DNA of 64,000 bases from Fonticula-like sp. SCN 57-25 (Eukaryota): positions 1 to 64,000 of the forward strand of contig MEDX01000016.1 in NCBI GenBank assembly GCA_001724245.1, written 5' to 3'. Positions 58,701-64,000 of the stretch are shown here, piece after piece; position 1 is the stretch's first letter; every line of letters begins with the position of its first letter. A model generated the notes under the pieces. The model was given only the letters and a program-made list of their open reading frames with translations, was not told where the DNA came from and ran no database searches. The translations under genes were made by a program, and so were the position numbers.

Positions 58701-61700
58701 CGACCATTTTCGAGCGGTTCGACAATATTACGCGCGAGTCCTCATACAGTACGCGTTTCGCTGCATATTTGAGCCAACCTAACATTGTTTTAGGCTCGAC
58801 CGATATTGACCAGCTCTCGTCCATTATCAAGCAAAGGCTGACCACTCCTGGCCGCAATGTCACAGCCTCGTCGGCCAATTCGGGTTTCAAGCTCACCGTG
58901 ACCTCGCCGTCCGAGGCGCGCAGCATCGTCGGAGTGCGTGTACACGTGGGTGAAGTGGACATTTCTACGGTTCCGACCGAGCTACGGATTTTTAACCGCG
59001 CCATCCCGTGTTACAAGAATGTGCCGCGCTGGTATGACATCCCGTTCCTTCCGCACGAAATTGCGCGAGGGACGCGCGAGGTTGTGCTGCACGTCGGCGT
59101 TGCCCACAACAACGGCCGGTCAGGCATCGATGCAGTGGAGGTTTACACAGAGTCTGCGCAGGGCTCGCGGCCGGCGCCGGTCGTCAAGGCACTCAGCATG
59201 CACGATGCGCTGGAAGCAGCTTTCACCGCCTCGCTTCCCAGCGTGTGCGTGACGCACGACTATTCCTTGCTTGAGGCTGCCGCCGTGGCTGCCCTTGGGC
59301 TTGCGATCGGCACCGACGGCGACGCCATGAAGCGGGCCGCTGTGCCGATTCTTGAAGCGCAACCCGCGCCGCACCTGGTCCACCTCTTCAAGCAGCTTGT
59401 CGGGCGAGGCTTTGCCAATGCGCAACACATTTTCGCCGAGGAGGTTGCCAACGTGTCTCACGCCGAGGCTCTTCTCGAGATGGCCCTGCAGTCGTTTGTG
59501 TTGCCCAGTGCACGCGTTCCGCAGCCAGATGCTAACTTTGCCGCTTCGCTGGTATCCAAGAGCGTTGCCCTGGCCTTGAGCGAGCCGCTTGACGTGCAGG
59601 CGCGCGTCATTAGCAAGTCTGTTGCGCTGCTGCTCTCGTGCGCGACGGTCGATTCGTTGGCAGCCACAGAGGCGCTGGAAGGGATGCTACTGGACCACCC
59701 TTGCCCGTCTGTTCGCGCATTCACTGCGAGCGCTCTCGCGATCGAGTTTGCTTGCGGCCCGTCGGCTCTCTTGGCGCGGACATCTGCGGCGGAAGAGTTG
59801 GTGCTGCTGTTTGAGCAGGGCGCCAAGAAGGAGCAGGAGGAGCCCGCAAAGACCGAGGCCGTGCCCGAGCCCTCGCAGCCACAGCCGGAAGCACCCACAG
59901 ACGATGCTGCGCCTCATCGCGGCCGTGCGACGTTTGACAACACGTTGTCGCGCAAGTGTGACAGCTGCAATTTGTTCCCGCTTGTGAGTGGATTCCACTG
60001 CAGAGAGTGCGACGACTTTGATGTCTGCGACGACTGCTACGACATGGACCTTTCACATCTCCATGACGCCTCTCACGAGTATGACTACTTTTTGCCGCCG
60101 TCTCTCAGCGAGAGCAACTACCCTGATTTGCATCGCCTCTTGGATGAGGCCGCTGGCTTGGACGAGGAGCGCGTGGGTGAGGAAGAGGAAGAGTACATTG
60201 ACGATCATGACTTTGACGACGATGAGGCGGAAGAGGCCGAAGTGGTGAGCGACGATGACGACGAAGGCAGCGATTCGGCCAACGAGGCCGCCTCGGACGA
60301 CGACGACACCGACGAGCATGAAGCGGGCTTTAACGCATTCCAATCCCGCATGCAGGCGCGGATCGCTTCCGAGTTTGGTCGGTCTCGGCGCATGAACCTG
60401 AACGGCAGGGATATGCCCCACACGCCAGTTCCATCGCGCGCGAGGCCTGCCGATACGGTCCCGGACCTGCCCGTGGCGCCCAAGTCGCCGGCCGTCTTTG
60501 ACGCAATCGCCTTTGACAACGAGCGCGTTCGTGAACGGTACATGCAGCTTCTCCATTCCAAGCTCTTTGAGCGGCTCACGCAGGCGACGGTGGCGCGGCT
60601 CACGGGAGAGAATGGCCGCACTTTGCTGGCGGGACTGCGCGCCCTCGCGCTGCTTGCCACGCATGCCTCTGCAGAGAACCTTGCCGACGCGGTCCGCGTT
60701 TTCGGTGAAGCGCTCAAGGCGGCGGTCGATGACGAGGGCCTCTGGGCGTCGAGCGCACAGTCGCTCGAAAAAATTGTGCATGTTGTGTCGCTTCTGCTCC
60801 TGTTTACCAAGCGGGCAGCCGCGTACAAGGCGACCGACTCGCGCATTGTCGTCATCTCGATGGGCGACGCCGCGGCCAAGGGGGCTACACAGGCCATGGA
60901 ATCCATCCAGGGGACGCTGCAGACAATCGCCGAGTGCCTTGTTCGCATCGACAGCGCAGCGTTCGCGGTTCAAAGCCAAGATGTTCCCTTTGACACGCTC
61001 TCGCTGCCTCTCGCCGAGGAGCCCGTCCCGCGCGAGTGGCCGTTCCTAAACGAAGTGTACGAGGCGCTGCGGATGGCCGAGGCGGCGCCGCTCTCTGTCG
61101 ATCACCTGGAGCTGGTGCGTCGCGTCGCGCTCACGCAGGTCATGCGCGTGGCGCTCGCCCTCGTGCAAGCCGGCAGTCTTGGTCAAGCTGAGGTTGAGCG
61201 CTGGTCCGGTCTCGCGACGCAAGTGATGGCGCAGCCGCCGTTCGCAAAGGCCATCCCGTCCGCGGGCCTCCTCTTGGTCGCTGCGAGCGGCTCCCGCGAC
61301 GCCGCGCTGATGAGCGTGGACGGCCTCGTTTACGAGTCTTTCCTTTCTCAGCTGCGCGAGCAGCTTGCCGCCGTCCTTGCGCGCGGCAATAGCTACATGG
61401 AGCACGCGAGTGCCGTGGCTCTTCTCCGCGCCATTCTGCGTCGTGTGAATGCACGCCCCGCGGGATGGGCTAAGTTCATCCAGTCGGAGGAAGGCCCGAG
61501 CGCCCTGGCGTTCCTCCTGAAGAACCTTCCGGGGCTGCCTGAGGACGTCGTCGTTCAGATCATTCACTTGTCGGCGGTTGGCATGTCGGGCGCGCCGCCG
61601 GTGGAAGCGTCGGCCAAGTCGAGCGATCGCACGCCGCTGGCACGGCTGCTGAGCATGACGGGCGTCGAGCGCTCGGAGGCTGATTCGTCGTCAAGTGGCA

Positions 61701-64000
61701 GCCCCAAGCCGCTGTCGCCGCCGCCCAGTGTATCTAGCGGACCCGATGATCAATTGGAGGCGCCGGCCGCCTACGCCGACATGCTTGAGCTCGTGTGCAC
61801 ACAGGAGCTGATCCGCACCGCTGTTGGCGTGATGGTGGGCGTTGTCGCCAAGGACCGCGCGGCCGCCAGCGCGCTCGTCAAGCAGATCTTTGTAAAGTCG
61901 GACTGGTCGTTGCGTAGCACCATTTGCCATGTTTTGTGGTCGCTCCTTCCCAGCCTCCCCGCGTATGGGCCGCACTGCAGCGAGTTTGTTCAGCTGCTCG
62001 GCCAGCTCTTTTTGTTCATGAAGCAGGGTACGGATGCTGATACTTTCTTCTTTGTCTTGCTAAAATCCGCTTTAGCGCCGACTAGGTTTGATCCCGATAA
62101 TGCTCATCTTGGAACGCTTGTCGAGGTTCTGGCCAAGCACAACCGGGCGATTGTGGGCCACGCCAACAGCGCGCTGTACGAGGGGCTCGAGCAGCACATG
62201 TCCATTGACGGCTACTTTTTGGAGAGCGGCGCCTGCTCTGGTTGCTTTGTGCACGAGCCTCAGCCGGCCGTCGTGGACCTGTCCGCGCCTCGCATTGAGT
62301 GCAAGTACTATGACAGCGCCACGATGATTCGCTTCCCGCACCGCCTGACGTTCTCGAGCTTTACCATGAACATCTCCGGGGTGCTGTCCACTCGCACGGT
62401 TCGCAAGGTCAACCTCTACTTTTCAAACAAGAGGGCGACCGACCCCAACGACCTGAAGAACTATGCCGAGACGTGGTCAAAGTGCGGAAGCGCGACGCTC
62501 TCGCGGACCCAGGTCAAGGTCACGATTGATTTTGAGATTCCCGTGACGGCCACCATGCTCGTCGTTGAGTTTTGGTCGTACTACGAGACGGGGTCGGAGG
62601 AATCGCTTCTCTGCCCGCGGTGCAACCGGCTGGTCACCGACCGCCACGGCATCTGCCGCAACTGCCACGAGAACGCCTTCCAGTGCCGCGCCTGCCGCAA
62701 CATCAACTATGAGAACCTGCAGGGCTTTTTGTGCATCGACTGCGGTTTCTGCAAGTATGGCAAGTTTTCGTACTCTGTGAACGGGTGGCCGAGCGACGAC
62801 GTCGACCGCGTCGAGACGGACCAGGATGAGAAGCAGTGCCTCGCGGTGATTGAGGCCGAGTCGCAAAAGGCGCGTGATACTGCACAGCGTCTGCAGCGCC
62901 TGCGCCGCCCGATAGAGCGCGTGCTCGCCGGCACGTCGCGCGAGTCCGTCTCGGTGACCGAGGCGACGGACCCCCCCACGACCCACTCGTTGAACCGCAA
63001 GGTCGTGTTGCTCTCGCAGCTGTACAACCGCGAGGCGCGCTCGTCGTTCATTGCGCTGTCAAAGTCTGTGCGCGTGTTGGCATCTGGCCGCCGCGAGATT
63101 CTCGCCTTCCATCTTGGCCGCTCGACGTCAACGGCCGCGGCGCCAGTCAAGGACCCGTCGCGCACCTGCTACGGTTGCCTTAGAAAGTATGTCCATGCGC
63201 TCGTTGCGCTGCTCGGGGACATTGCGCAGGCGGACCACGGCCACGCGGCGTTCCTTGTGGACCGCGACATCATCCAGGAGCTGCTGACGTACAATGTGCG
63301 TCGCGGCTCGGCGCCGATCGACCCGGTCGTGGCGCTCTTCTCGGCGCTTGTGGAGGACAACGAAAGCGCGACGCAGGTCTTCCTCGACGCGGTCACCTCC
63401 AGCATCCGCATCGGGCTGCAGCAGGCGTCGAGCATTGACCTCGGCGAGCTTGTGGGCTACGAGGTCGCGCTGCTGTGCAAGCTCGCGCTCATAGACGACG
63501 CCCTCTGGGAGATGCGCCTCAAGCACGTCTTCCGGCTGTTCTTTACGGCTCTGCCGCTCTGCAACGAGCAACCGGTCGTGCTCGAGCGCCTGGTCCTGCC
63601 GTGCCTCGCCGTGATCATTCAGCGGAGCACGCTGGACAAGGACGCGGCGGCCACTGCGACTGATGCGCCGTCGTTAACCCCGGCGTCGTTCCCCGCGTGG
63701 ATGTCGCAGGACGACACGTACGCGAGCTGGCTGGCGCGCCGCGCCGCCCAGGCTTCCTTTGGCGGGTCGATGCGAGAAGCCGAGCTTGTTGCCAAGTACT
63801 ATTGCAGGTGGCTCTTTACCGTCCGCGCTCGCCGCCGCCGCCTCAGTGGCGCGTCTGCCACGCCCGACGACATGTCTGCGCCGTCATCGCGCTGGCTGGG
63901 CCAGCTTTTGCTCACGCCATTGTCCAAGACGGTTCGCGAGCAGGCGGCCAAGCTCATTGCCGGCCTCGCTTCGTCGTCGCCATCTGTTGCCGTTCGCTTC
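52758..64000 (+). CDS. UBR4: E3 ubiquitin ligase UBR4 / p600 / BIG; 3'-partial, about 7 introns in the window
   Basis: UBR box CTFEATGSEFVDQHWYCCYTC...CHKGHDVTY...FFCDCG (about 56718-56905), ZZ finger (about 59955-60080) and the UBR4-type CPRCNRLV...GICRNCHENAFQCRACRNINYE...FLCIDCGFCKY (about 62610-62760). Confidence 0.95.

Noticed and set aside
22960-62075. Several stop-free introns with lengths divisible by three (22960-23010, 23732-23776, 23835-23879, 25996-26046, 32161-32205, 35086-35130, 58749-58793, 62028-62075)
   Set aside because: About ten among roughly 100 very short introns is near what chance would give. They do explain read-through in the ORF track and why the last UBR4 frame is unlisted (it runs off the window without a stop).

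Overview
This is eukaryotic nuclear DNA: GC-rich, very gene-dense, with about 100 short introns (mostly 40-60 nt). I read 28 protein-coding genes, the first and last truncated by the window edges. In order: YME1/FtsH, MGMT, a retinoblastoma pocket protein, TAP42/IGBP1, COMMD6, a membrane-tethered CREB3/ATF6-type bZIP, TPR-SMYD, a NERD1-like FG-GAP protein, PPX1/PRUNE, PTC7, a delta-12 desaturase, a MENTAL-domain protein, ADAT3, spastizin/ZFYVE26, SLC35F, UBL5, an HSL-family lipase, BLOC1S2, GAS7, a paraoxonase, a 7TM-RGS, an alpha/beta hydrolase, a PRMT, a Bud3/Gef2-like RhoGEF, a VWA protein, two tandem bacterial-like VOC genes and UBR4/BIG. The mix of animal-type and fungal-type genes suggests a unicellular opisthokont, possibly a nucleariid or other holomycotan; this is inference only. 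The most notable signals are: (1) a near-universal GTRCG 5' splice site with no +4A donor seen; (2) an Rb protein with an N-terminal CRL4-Cdt2-type PIP degron; (3) E2F/CHR/MYB/CCAAT motif clusters upstream of Rb and of the RhoGEF; (4) a DUF547-like domain inside spastizin; (5) a tandem duplication of a probably horizontally acquired VOC gene, which left a decayed UBR4 fragment and copies differing in an NLS-like insert; (6) extremely short head-to-head promoters. All family calls come from motif recognition by eye; no searches were run. No tRNA, rRNA, CRISPR array or transposase was found.
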